Origin: Chthoniobacteraceae bacterium
GTDB lineage: Bacteria; Verrucomicrobiota; Verrucomicrobiia; Chthoniobacterales; Chthoniobacteraceae
Length of the DNA stretch: 33,168 nt
Direction of reading: 5' to 3'
Assembly: GCA_040081625.1 (NCBI GenBank)
Contig: JBEBGD010000061.1
Location: 1-33,168, forward strand
The position numbers and the translations under genes are program-made. Below, piece by piece: positions 1-9,700 of the stretch; position 1 is the first letter of the stretch, and each line of letters opens with the position of its first letter. Below the pieces are notes generated by a model. The model made no database searches. It had not been told where the DNA came from and worked only from the letters and a program-made list of their open reading frames with translations.

Positions 1-2
1 CG

Positions 3-3000
3 GGAAATGCGGATGTGACTTTCGACACGGACGGGCGCCTCACGACCGACTCCGGCGTCGCCGGGCCGGACAATTTCTTCGCCGTGACGCAGCAGGCCGA
101 CGGCAAGCTCGTCGCCGTCGGCCAGGCCGGATCGAGCGGCGGGTTCTTCGTCGCGCGCTACAACGCCGATGGCTCGCTCGACACGAATTTCGGCACAGGC
201 GGGAAGGTCGTGACCGATCTCGGCAGCGTGAGCGACGAACTGGCGTTCGGCGTGCGCATCGAATCGAACGGAAAGATCGTCGTGATCGGCGCGAGCGCGG
301 CGGACGGGAAGCGCGAGGAGATCGTGATGGCGCGCTACTCGGCGTCGGGCGTGCTCGACAACGGCTTCGGCACGAAAGGCATCGCGCGCACGGACGTGCA
401 GATCGGGTTCGCGGCGTTCGGATTTGTGCAGGGCAACGGCGATGTCGCGATCACTCCGGACGGAAAGTTCGTCGTCGCGATGCCCGCGCCGGAGTCGAAC
501 GTCGGGCTGCTGCGATTCCTGCCGAATGGGAAGCTCGACACGACCTTCGGCACCGGCGGCACGCTGACCTACGACCTGGGGCTGAGCGGCACTTCCGTCA
601 GCAGCGTCACGGTGCAGCCGGATGGAAAGATCATCGCAACCTTCGCCGGCGGGCTGGCGCGCGCGGTGCGGTTCAATGTGGACGGCTCGGTCGATACGGG
701 CTTCGGCGTGAATGGCGTGGTGAGCGCGAATCCCGCCGCGACGCTGCTCTCGCCGGGGCTCATCTACACGGACACCGCGACCGTCCATGAAGCGCTCGTG
801 CTGCCCGATGGCGACGTGCTGTTGCTCGGCACCGCGTTCGGCTCCGCGAAGCCCGCGGGTTCGCCGCTCAATTTCACTGAGAGCCTGCGCGGCGGAGTGC
901 TGATGCTGCGCTACAACTCGAACGGCACGCCGGACAACGCCTTCGGCACGAATGGCGTGAAGGAAGTGGTCGGCACGAGTGTGAGCCAGCTCGCGGATGC
1001 GACGCTCGACGAGGCGGGCAAGATCATCGTGCTCGGCGGAAATGGTTTCGCGCGCATCCTGCAGGATGGCCGCGCCGATCCCGGCTTCGGGCCGAATGGA
1101 ATCGGCGCGAGCGGCTTCGGCTCGGACCTGCTCGTGCAGGCGGATGGCCGCGTGGTGATCGCGGGCGGCAATGCATTCTCGCCCGGCGACGCTCGGCTCT
1201 CGCGCTTCACCGGCGGCCCGGTGGCGGGTGCGCTGCGGCTGAATGTGCTCACCGAGCTGGTGCGCGAGGATGGCGGAATGCTCGTGATCCCCGTCGAGCG
1301 CGTGGCCGGCCTCGACGGCGCGGTGAGCGTGACTTTCTCGACGACGAACGGCACCGCGCTCGCGGGCAGCGACTTCACCGCCGTGTCGCAGACGCTCTCG
1401 TGGGCGAACCTCGAAATCGGCGTGAAGACGGTGAGCATCCCGATCACCGACGACCTCATCGCCGATGCGAACGAGACGTTCACCTTCAACCTCACCAGCC
1501 CGACCGGCGGCGCGATCCTGAGCGTGCGGAAGACGGGCACGGTCACGATCATCGACGACGATCAGCCGGGCGTGATCGAGTTCACTGGGCCGTCCTTCAC
1601 CGCGCGCGAGAACGACGGCGTCGCGACGTTCGTCGTGAAACGGCGCGACGGCGATCTCGGCGCGGTGAGCGCAAGCTACAGCGTCACCGGCGGCACCGCG
1701 GTGGACGGGCAGGATTTCAACACGGTCACCGGCATGGTGCAGTTCGCGAATGGTGAGACGCAGAAGACGATCGCCGTGCCGCTCATCGACGACTTCGTGC
1801 TCGGCGAGGACAAGACCGTGATCGTCACGCTCACGAGTCCGCTCGGTGGGGCGACGCTCGGCGACGTGCCGTCCGCGCGGCTCACGATCCAGGACGACGA
1901 GGTGCCGCTCGGCGGCGTGTTCGGGTTCGGCGCGGCGCAGTTCGAGACGCGCGAAGACAGCGGCGGCTATCTCGTGACCGTCCTGCGCACCGGCGGCAGC
2001 AACGGCGCGGCGACCGTGAACCTGACCGTCGCCGCCGGCACCGCGCGGGACGGGCTCGATTTCATCCCGTTCGTCAGCACGCTGAACTTCCTCGATGGCC
2101 AGACGTCCGTGTCCGCGTTCATCCCGATCTTCGACAACGCGGAGGTGAACCCCGAACGCACGGTGCTGCTCTCGCTCGCCGCGCCGACCGGCGACCTCGT
2201 CCTCACGACCCGCACGCAACCGGTCATCGGCGCCGACGGTGCGGCAACGCTCGCAATCACGGACAACGACGCCTTCCCGGTGCGGCTCTCGGCGGGCGAT
2301 ATCCAGATCCTCGGCAGCGCCTCCACCGCGAACGAAAAGAGCGGGCGCGCGCCGATCGTCCTGCTGCGCACCGACGGCAGCTTTGGCGAGGTTTCCGTCC
2401 TCGTTTCTTTTGCGGATGGCACGGCGCGGGCGGGCCAGGATTTTACCGGCGCGCCGATCCTCGTCGAGTTCGCGAACGGCGAGCTTTCGAAGACGGTCTT
2501 TGTGCCGGTGCGCAACGACCTCATCAACGAACCCGCGCAGACCTTCACCGCGACGCTCACGAATCCCACCGGCGGCGCGGCGCTCGGCTTCGCAATCAAC
2601 GGGACGGTGACAATCGTGGACAACGACACGCCGGCGCTAGCGGACTTCAACAACGATGGGAAGCTCGACCTGATCGCGCAAAAGGGATCGAAGCTGCTGC
2701 TACATCCTGGCGACGGCGCGGGCGGTTTCGCGCCGGTCGGCATCCCGCTGCCGGCGGTGAAGGGCGCGAAGGGTTTTGTGGTCGGCGACTTCGATGGCGA
2801 CGGCAATGCGGACCTCGCGCTGGCGACGAAGAAATCGGCCGTGCTGCTCGCGGGCAATGGCGACGGCACGTTCGACGCGCCGGTCGCGTTCGAATCGAAC
2901 AAGTCCTCGAAGTCGTTGCTCGCCGCCGACTTCAACGGCGATGGCCGGCTCGATCTCGCGGCGCTCGCGGGCAAAGGCGTGAACGTGCTGCTGAACAACG

Positions 3001-3605
3001 GCGCGGGTTTCGACGCGCCGCGGTTCACTCCTGCGCTGAAGGTGCTCACGATGGTCGCCGGCGACTTCAACGAGGACGGCAGCACCGACCTCGGGATCGT
3101 GACCAAGGGCAAGTCGGGCGTCTTCACGTTGCTCAACGACGGCTCGGGGATGTTCGCGGCGCAGTCGGCGGCGCAGTTCTTCGGCAAGGGCGTGAAGGCG
3201 GCGTCCGTGGTCGCGGCCGACTTGAACGGCGACGATCGTCTCGACATCGCCGCGATCGTCGCGAAGAACCAGATCGCCATCGCGCCGGGCAACGGCCTCG
3301 GCGGGTTCGGTCCCGCGACATCGGCCGCCGCGGGAAAGGGCGCGAAGCTGCTCGTGCTCGCCGACGTGGACGACGATCTCGACTACGACCTGATCGCGAC
3401 GAACGCGAAGAAGCTGGCCGTGCTGCTGGTGAGCAACGGCTCTGGCGCTTTCGCAGCGCCGTCGCCGATCAACGTCGCGTTCGTGCCGTCCTTCTTCACG
3501 GTCGTCGATCTGAATGGCGACGAGGACGCCGATCTCGTGCTGGCGACGAAGAAGGACAAGTTCCGCACCGCGCTCGGCGCAGCGGGGACGACGTTTGCCG
3601 TTTAG
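3..3605 (+). CDS. 5'-truncated giant surface protein: delta-60-type repeats, 4 Calx-beta domains and a C-terminal 7-blade FG-GAP/VCBS propeller (paralog of 3795-14177)
   Basis: The frame is open to the window edge (GGA AAT GCG GAT GTG...), so the ORF-track start at 15 is probably internal. Repeats of the type 'QADGKLVAVG...ARYNADGSLDTNFGTGG' run over about 3-1220. Calx-beta signatures 'GTALAGSDF...TLSW...IPITDD...ETFTFNLTSPTGGA...TIIDDD' run over about 1240-2630. Seven DxNxDGxxD motifs lie at about 2640-3605. Confidence 0.9.
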   Translation, partial: GNADVTFDTDGRLTTDSGVAGPDNFFAVTQQADGKLVAVGQAGSSGGFFVARYNADGSLDTNFGTGGKVVTDLGSVSDELAFGVRIESNGKIVVIGASAADGKREEIVMARYSASGVLDNGFGTKGIARTDVQIGFAAFGFVQGNGDVAITPDGKFVVAMPAPESNVGLLRFLPNGKLDTTFGTGGTLTYDLGLSGTSVSSVTVQPDGKIIATFAGGLARAVRFNVDGSVDTGFGVNGVVSANPAATLLSPGLIYTDTATVHEALVLPDGDVLLLGTAFGSAKPAGSPLNFTESLRGGVLMLRYNSNGTPDNAFGTNGVKEVVGTSVSQLADATLDEAGKIIVLGGNGFARILQDGRADPGFGPNGIGASGFGSDLLVQADGRVVIAGGNAFSPGDARLSRFTGGPVAGALRLNVLTELVREDGGMLVIPVERVAGLDGAVSVTFSTTNGTALAGSDFTAVSQTLSWANLEIGVKTVSIPITDDLIADANETFTFNLTSPTGGAILSVRKTGTVTIIDDDQPGVIEFTGPSFTARENDGVATFVVKRRDGDLGAVSASYSVTGGTAVDGQDFNTVTGMVQFANGETQKTIAVPLIDDFVLGEDKTVIVTLTSPLGGATLGDVPSARLTIQDDEVPLGGVFGFGAAQFETREDSGGYLVTVLRTGGSNGAATVNLTVAAGTARDGLDFIPFVSTLNFLDGQTSVSAFIPIFDNAEVNPERTVLLSLAAPTGDLVLTTRTQPVIGADGAATLAITDNDAFPVRLSAGDIQILGSASTANEKSGRAPIVLLRTDGSFGEVSVLVSFADGTARAGQDFTGAPILVEFANGELSKTVFVPVRNDLINEPAQTFTATLTNPTGGAALGFAINGTVTIVDNDTPALADFNNDGKLDLIAQKGSKLLLHPGDGAGGFAPVGIPLPAVKGAKGFVVGDFDGDGNADLALATKKSAVLLAGNGDGTFDAPVAFESNKSSKSLLAADFNGDGRLDLAALAGKGVNVLLNNGAGFDAPRFTPALKVLTMVAGDFNEDGSTDLGIVTKGKSGVFTLLNDGSGMFAAQSAAQFFGKGVKAASVVAADLNGDDRLDIAAIVAKNQIAIAPGNGLGGFGPATSAAAGKGAKLLVLADVDDDLDYDLIATNAKKLAVLLVSNGSGAFAAPSPINVAFVPSFFTVVDLNGDEDADLVLATKKDKFRTALGAAGTTFAV

Positions 3606-3700
3606 CAGCGGGGCTTATACCGCGCCGTCGCCGTGCTCGTCGGTGCGGATGCGGATGGCGTCCTCGACGTGGCTGACGAAGATCTTGCCGGTGTGCGCGG
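2643..3700. repeat. Dispersed direct repeat, copy 1 (FG-GAP domain coding region plus P-II 3' fragment); copy 2 at 13212-14287
   Basis: Long near-identical DNA tracts are shared with 13212-14287, for example gcgggcaatggcgacggcacgttcgacgcgccggtcgcgttcg and gcgacgaagaaggacaagttccgcaccgcgctcggcgc, followed by the 86-bp glnK fragment. Confidence 0.9.
3615..3700 (-). pseudogene. glnK: Duplicated 3'-end fragment of the P-II (glnK) gene
   Basis: The minus strand reads [27 protein letters not shown]. It matches 14187-14287 at 84 of 86 aligned bases, with a 15-bp deletion (GDGKI) between two gatcttgccg direct repeats. It has no start codon or 5' part. Confidence 0.92.
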
Positions 3701-3752
3701 GATGGAAGACCTGCTCTCGATTGTGCAGCGCGCCGGCGACTGAGTCCGCTTC

Positions 3753-3780
3753 TTGACCGTGCAAGGCGCGGTGCGACTAT
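3753..3780 (+). promoter_or_regulatory. Putative sigma70-type promoter of the giant protein gene
   Basis: TTGACC-N16-GACTAT with an upstream TGn extension, ending 14 nt before the ATG at 3795. Pattern match only. Confidence 0.35.
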
Positions 3781-6700
3781 CCACTCGCTCGCTCATGAAA
3801 GCCCGCCGCACCAGAACCGGCATCCGGTCTCGTCCCGAGCCGCTCGAAGCCCGTATCGTTCCGGCGGCGGGGTTGTTCGACCCGGGGTTTGGCGGCGGGG
3901 ATGGGATCGCGCAGGTGCAGTTCGAGGTGGATGGGTTGCACGATGATTTCAACGCGGTCGTGCGGCAGGCGGATGGGAAGCTGATCGCGGTCGGGGCGAC
4001 GGCGGATTTCGGGTCGCGGTTCTCGCCGGACATCGCGGTCGCGCGGTTCAATGCGGATGGGTCGCTCGATGCGACCTTCGGCACGGACGGGAAGGTGAAG
4101 CTCGATTTCGGCGGGGTGTATCACAGCCGCGAGACGGGCTATGCGGTCGCGCTCGATGCGGGTGGGAACATCGTGATCGCGGGCAGCGCGAACGTGGCGG
4201 CGACCGATGTGGCTTCGACGGATTTCTTCGTTGCGCGGCTCACGTCGGCGGGAGTGCTCGACACGACGTTTGGCGGGACGGGGTTTGTGCTCACGGATTT
4301 CGGATCGCCGACGGAGGAAGCGCGCGGCGTGGCGGTGCAAGGCGATGGGATGATCGTCGTGGCGGGGACTTCCGGCGGCGACATCGCGCTGGCGCGGTTC
4401 ACGCCGCTCGGGGCGCTCGATACGGGTTTCGATACCGACGGAAAAGTGACGACGAATGCGGGCGGCGGTGGCGACCAGGGGCGCGCGGTCGCGTTGCAGG
4501 CAGACGGGAAGATCGTGGTCGCCGGGACGAACGGCGCAGATTTCGTGGCGGTGCGCTACACGACGGCGGGCGCGCTCGATGCGGGCTTCGGCACGGCGGG
4601 CATCGCGCGCGTCGATCTCGGCGGGTCGGGCGAATCGGCGAACGCGCTCGGCATCGACAGCCTCGGCCGGATCGTGCTCGGCGGGACGAAGTTCTTCGAT
4701 GTCGCCGTGGCGCGACTGGACGATGCGGGCGCGCTCGATGTGACGTTCGGCACGGGCGGCTCGCTCGTTTACGACGCCGGCAATAACTACGGTCGCGGCA
4801 ACGCGCTGAGCGTGATCAGTGACGACAGCGTGGTGCTCGTCGGCGACATCGATTCGCTCGACGTCTTCGCGCTGAAGCTCACCGACGCCGGCGTGCTCGA
4901 TGCGGCCTTCGGCACCGCTGGATTCGCGCGCGTGACGCAGCCGAGCACGCAATACGCAGCGGCCAGCCTCGCGCTGGCGGATGGCAGCGTGATCGTGACG
5001 GGGACGCACTTCGGCGCAGTCGATCGCGACGGCTTGATCGTGAAGCTGACGCCGACCGGCGCGCTCGACACGACCTTCGCGGGCGGCGGTTTTTCGCTCA
5101 CGGGATTTTTCCGCGAAGCGCCGGTGCAGGTGCTCGCGGGCCTGCTGCTGCCGGACGGAAAATATGTCGTCGCGGGCGAGAACGGCCTCGGCGACACGCG
5201 CAAGGACGGCCTGCTCGCACGCTTCAACGCCGACGGCACGCTCGACACGAGCTTCGGGGCGAATGGCCGCGTTTCGCTCAGCATCGACTTGGCGGAACGC
5301 ATCGCCGCGCTCGCGTTCGACGCCACGACGAACACGCTCATCGCCGGTGCGTTCACGACATACGGACCGCCGGGCGCGGACCTGCTCATCGCGCGCTACG
5401 ACGTGAGCGGCGCGCTCGTGCCGACGTTCGGCACGGGCGGCATCGCGCAGCTTCATTTCGGCGGAAGTGAAACCGTCACCTCGCTCGCAGTCGCGCCGGA
5501 TGGGAAGATCGTGATCGGCGCGAGCCTGCGGAACTACGCAGGCACACAAGGCGGCGCGGGCATCGTGCGACTGAATGCGAGCGGCATGCCCGACACGACG
5601 TTCGATGGCGATGGCGTGCTCACGTTTCCGCAATTCACCGGCGGCTCGGTGACCGGCCTCGCGCCGCTCGCAGATGGCCGGCTCGTCGCGGCGGCGAATG
5701 GCTCCGGCGCGGCGTTCGTGCGGCTCAGCGCGGGCGGCCTGCTCGACGCGACTTTCGGCGGCGACGGCATCGTGGAACTCGGTGCCGGGCGCGGCATCGG
5801 CGGCATGATCGTGGAAGCCGACGGGACGATCACTTTCTCCGGCGTGACAACGGTTGGCAGCGAGATCGTGGCCGATTTCCGCCGCCTGCTACCGGATGGC
5901 GCAGACGATCCGACGTTCGGTTTCACGCCGATGGCGAACAGCTCGGGCGTGCAGGTGCGCCCGGGCAGTCCGTTCTTCATCGATAGCTCGAACCGCATCG
6001 TCACGACCGGCCGCGGCGGCGGCGCGCCCGGCCTCCTGCGGCTGAATTTCGACGGCACGCGCGACTTCACGTTCGGCGAAGGCGGCTTCGCGGCGGGCGC
6101 GGGCGTCATCGGTCTCGCGGAGCGCGCGGATGGGCGGATCGTCAGCGCGCTGACGGGGCCGGGCGGGCTTTTCGGCAAGACGTTCCAGGTCACGCAGCTT
6201 CTCGACGATCCCGAGTCGTCGCCGAACGGCGTCTTCCGCATCGACGGCTACGAGTTCTTCGTCCGCGAGAATCAAGGGCCGGTGCAGATCGTGGTGAAGC
6301 GCGTGGGCGGTTCGCTCGGCGCGGTGAGCGTGGACTTCACCACCGTCGCCGGCACCGCGCTCGCGGGCGACGATTTCACCGCGATGAGCGGCACGCTGAT
6401 GTTCGCCGATGGCGACATTGAGGAGACGATCACGATCCCGCTCACGGTCGATAGCATCGGCGAAAACACGGAGCAGTTCCGCGTCGTGCTCAGCAATGCG
6501 CAGGGCGGCGCGCTGCTCGACAATCCGCGCACGGCGCTCGTGACGATCCCGCTGCACCTCGGCCCGAGCGGCGGGCGCGACTCGGGCTATGGCGATCTCG
6601 GCTTCGGGTCGGGCACGGCGATCGAGGCCGGCAATGGCTTCGAGCCGGTGCTCGACATCGGGCGCGATGCGCAGGGGCGCGTGCTCGTCTTTGGCAGCGC

Positions 6701-9700
6701 GTCGGCGTCGAATGTGTTTGGGCAGATGGCCGCGCGCTTTCTGCCCGACGGCACGCTCGACACGACCTTCGGCGGTGACGGCACCGTCTTCGCCGATCTC
6801 ACCGGGCTCGGCGCCGAGATCATCAAAGGGCTGATCTTGCCCGACGGAAAAATCCTCGCGGTGAGCAAGACGATCGAGAGCCCGACCGGCACGAACACAG
6901 GGGCGACGGCGGTCATCGGCTTTACGCGGTATCTCGAAAACGGGAACATCGATCGCACCTTCGGCGACAACGGATTCATCACCACCGATCTGCCGATGAC
7001 GGCGCAGGACACGGTGCGCGACGCGGCGCTGCTCGCGGACGGCAAAGTGCTCGTCGCTGTCGAATCGCGCACGATCAACGAGGACGCGACCGTCTTCAAA
7101 GACCGCGCGCGCGTGCTGCGCTTCCATGCCGACGGCACGCTCGACACGAGCTTCGGCACCGGCGGAATCGCGCAGACGCCCGAGGCGGAGGAGACCGACC
7201 CGGCTTCGTTCGTGGTGCTCGGAGACGGCGACATCGTGCTCGCGCACAGCAGCAGGGAAGTGGGGAACAGCCGGACCAATTTTGGCCTCACACGCTTCAA
7301 TGCGGATGGCTCGGTCGATACGGCGTTCGGCACGGGCGGCGTCGTGTCGCTGAACACCGCGGCGAACGCGAGCGAGCGCCCCGTGCGCCTGCTCGTGCAG
7401 CCGGATGGAAAGCTCGTCGTCGCGGCGAATGACGACCAGCTCGGCCGGCAGGTCGTCGTGCGGCTCGACGCCGCGACCGGCGCGCTCGACCCGAGCTTCG
7501 ACGGCGACGGCATCGCATTCGGCCCCAGCGGCGTTTCCCCAGCCGATGCGCTGGTGCTGCCGAGCGGGCGGATCGTGGTCTTCGGCACGGGCGGGTCGGC
7601 GTCGCGCGTGCTCACGCAATACAACGCGGACGGCTCGCTCGACGGCACCTTCGGCATCGGCGGCAGCGTCGCCATCGGCACGGGCCAGCCGCAGGGCCAG
7701 GGCGTCGGCCGCATCCTGCTCGAGCCGGACAATGCGGTGCTCGCGGCCTTCGATGCGCGCTTCGCGAGCGACCCCGGCACGCACACGCACGTCACGCTCA
7801 CGCGCATTTTCACCGAGCCGCGCGTGGGGAAATTCTCGTTCAACGAAGCGGCGGCGGAGCTGGATGAAAACGGCGGCTCGATCGAGCTGAACATCATCCG
7901 CACCGACGGCTCGGACACGGACGTGACGGTGAATTACACGTTCGCGAACGGCACAGCGGGCGCCGCGGATTTCACCGGCGTGAATGGCGCGCTGACCTTC
8001 CTCGCAGGCGAGACGCTCAAGACGATCACCATCCCGATCCTCGACGACACGCTCGCGGAGGGTCGCGAGAGCTTCACCGTGACGCTCAGCGGCGCGCCGC
8101 TCGGCGCAGCGCCGGTGAGCACGGTGACGATCTTCGATGGGCCGGGCGTGTTCGCCTTTACCGCGCCGCAGTTCGTCACCGCCGAGGGGCTCACGACCAT
8201 CACCATCCCGGTGACGCGCACCGCCGGCAGCGACGGCACGGCGACGGTGCGATACAGCTTCGCGGACGGCACCGCGGTGCTCGGCGAAGACTACGTCGGC
8301 ACGCCGGGCGTGGTGACATTCGCCGACCGGCAGATGGTCGGCGTGTTCACCGCCTACATCCGCAACGACTCGCTCGTCGAAGGCCGCGAGAATTTCACCG
8401 CGACGCTGAGCGCACCGACCGGCGGCGCGACGCTGGGCGCGCTGACCACGGCGGAAATCACGATCTTCGATTCCGAGCCGGCGAGCGGCGCGGGCGCGGG
8501 CAGTCTCGATCGCACCTTCGGCACCGATGGCGTGTCGCGGATCGATGTCTTCGCCGGCACCGACGAGCGCTCGTATGACGTGGCGACGCTGCCCGATGGC
8601 CGCGTCCTCGCGGTCGGCGAGACCGGCGGAACGGGCGCGTCGGATTTCCTGCTCGTGCGCTACACCGCGACGGGCGCGCTCGATCCGACGTGGGGCGCGG
8701 GAGGCATCGTGACGGTCGATCTCGGCGGCTACGATGTCGCGCGTTCGGTGCTGATCACGAGCGATGGCGGCGTGCTCGTCGCGGGCTACTCGCTCGTGGA
8801 GGGCGAAGGCGATTTCGCCATCGCGAAGCTGAATGCGGACGGCACGCCCGACACGGGATTCTCGCTCGATGGCAAGCTGACGATCGACTTCGCGCAGCAG
8901 GACGACCGCGCGGTCGATATGGTTCTCCAGAGCGACGGCAAGATCGTGCTCGGCGGTTCGAGCGGCAGCGCGCTCGGGCGCGACTTCGCCGCCGCGCGGC
9001 TGAACTCCGACGGCTCGCTCGACACGGCCTTCAGCGGCGATGGACGCGCGACGGTCGATTTCGAGGGGCGCTTCGACGTGGGCTGGTCGGTCGCCGTGGA
9101 CTCGAAGGGCCGCATCGTGATGACCGGCGATTCGATCGTCACGAACACCGGCCCCGGCGGCTTCACGCTCTCGCCGAGCCAGAGCAACCGCGCCGCGACG
9201 ATGCGCCTGCTCGCGGACGGCACGCTCGACGTTTCGTTTTCGACCGACGGCAAAGTGCTCGACGCGACCAACGACCCAGCCAACTCGCAGATGCGCAAGG
9301 TGCTCATCCGGCCGGACGACTCGATCGTCTGCCTCGGCATCGCGAGCGCCAACTTCCTCAAGTTCGAGTATGCCGAAGCCGGTTTCGCCAATCTCGACAT
9401 CGCCTACAGCCAGGGCCCGGGCGTCGTGACTGTGAATTTCCCGCGCGTCGGCGCGAGCGGCGGCAACGGCTTCGACCAGGCGCTCGACGCGCTCTTCACG
9501 CCGGACGGCTCGCTCTTCGTGGGCGGATGGTCGGGCCTCTCGAGCAGCTTCCTCGACGGCGATCTCGCGTTCGCGAAGTTCAACGACCACGGCGCGCTCG
9601 ATGGGCGGTTCGCGGTGAAAGGCATCGGCTTCCTCGAATCTGCGCCGTCGGGCCAGGCGATCGCACTCACCGCGAAGGGCGACCTCGTCGCGGTCGGGCC

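Noticed and set aside
15..17. GTG at 15 as the start of the first giant gene
   Set aside because: The frame stays open to the window edge and begins mid-repeat. Collinearity with the paralog implies a start further upstream.
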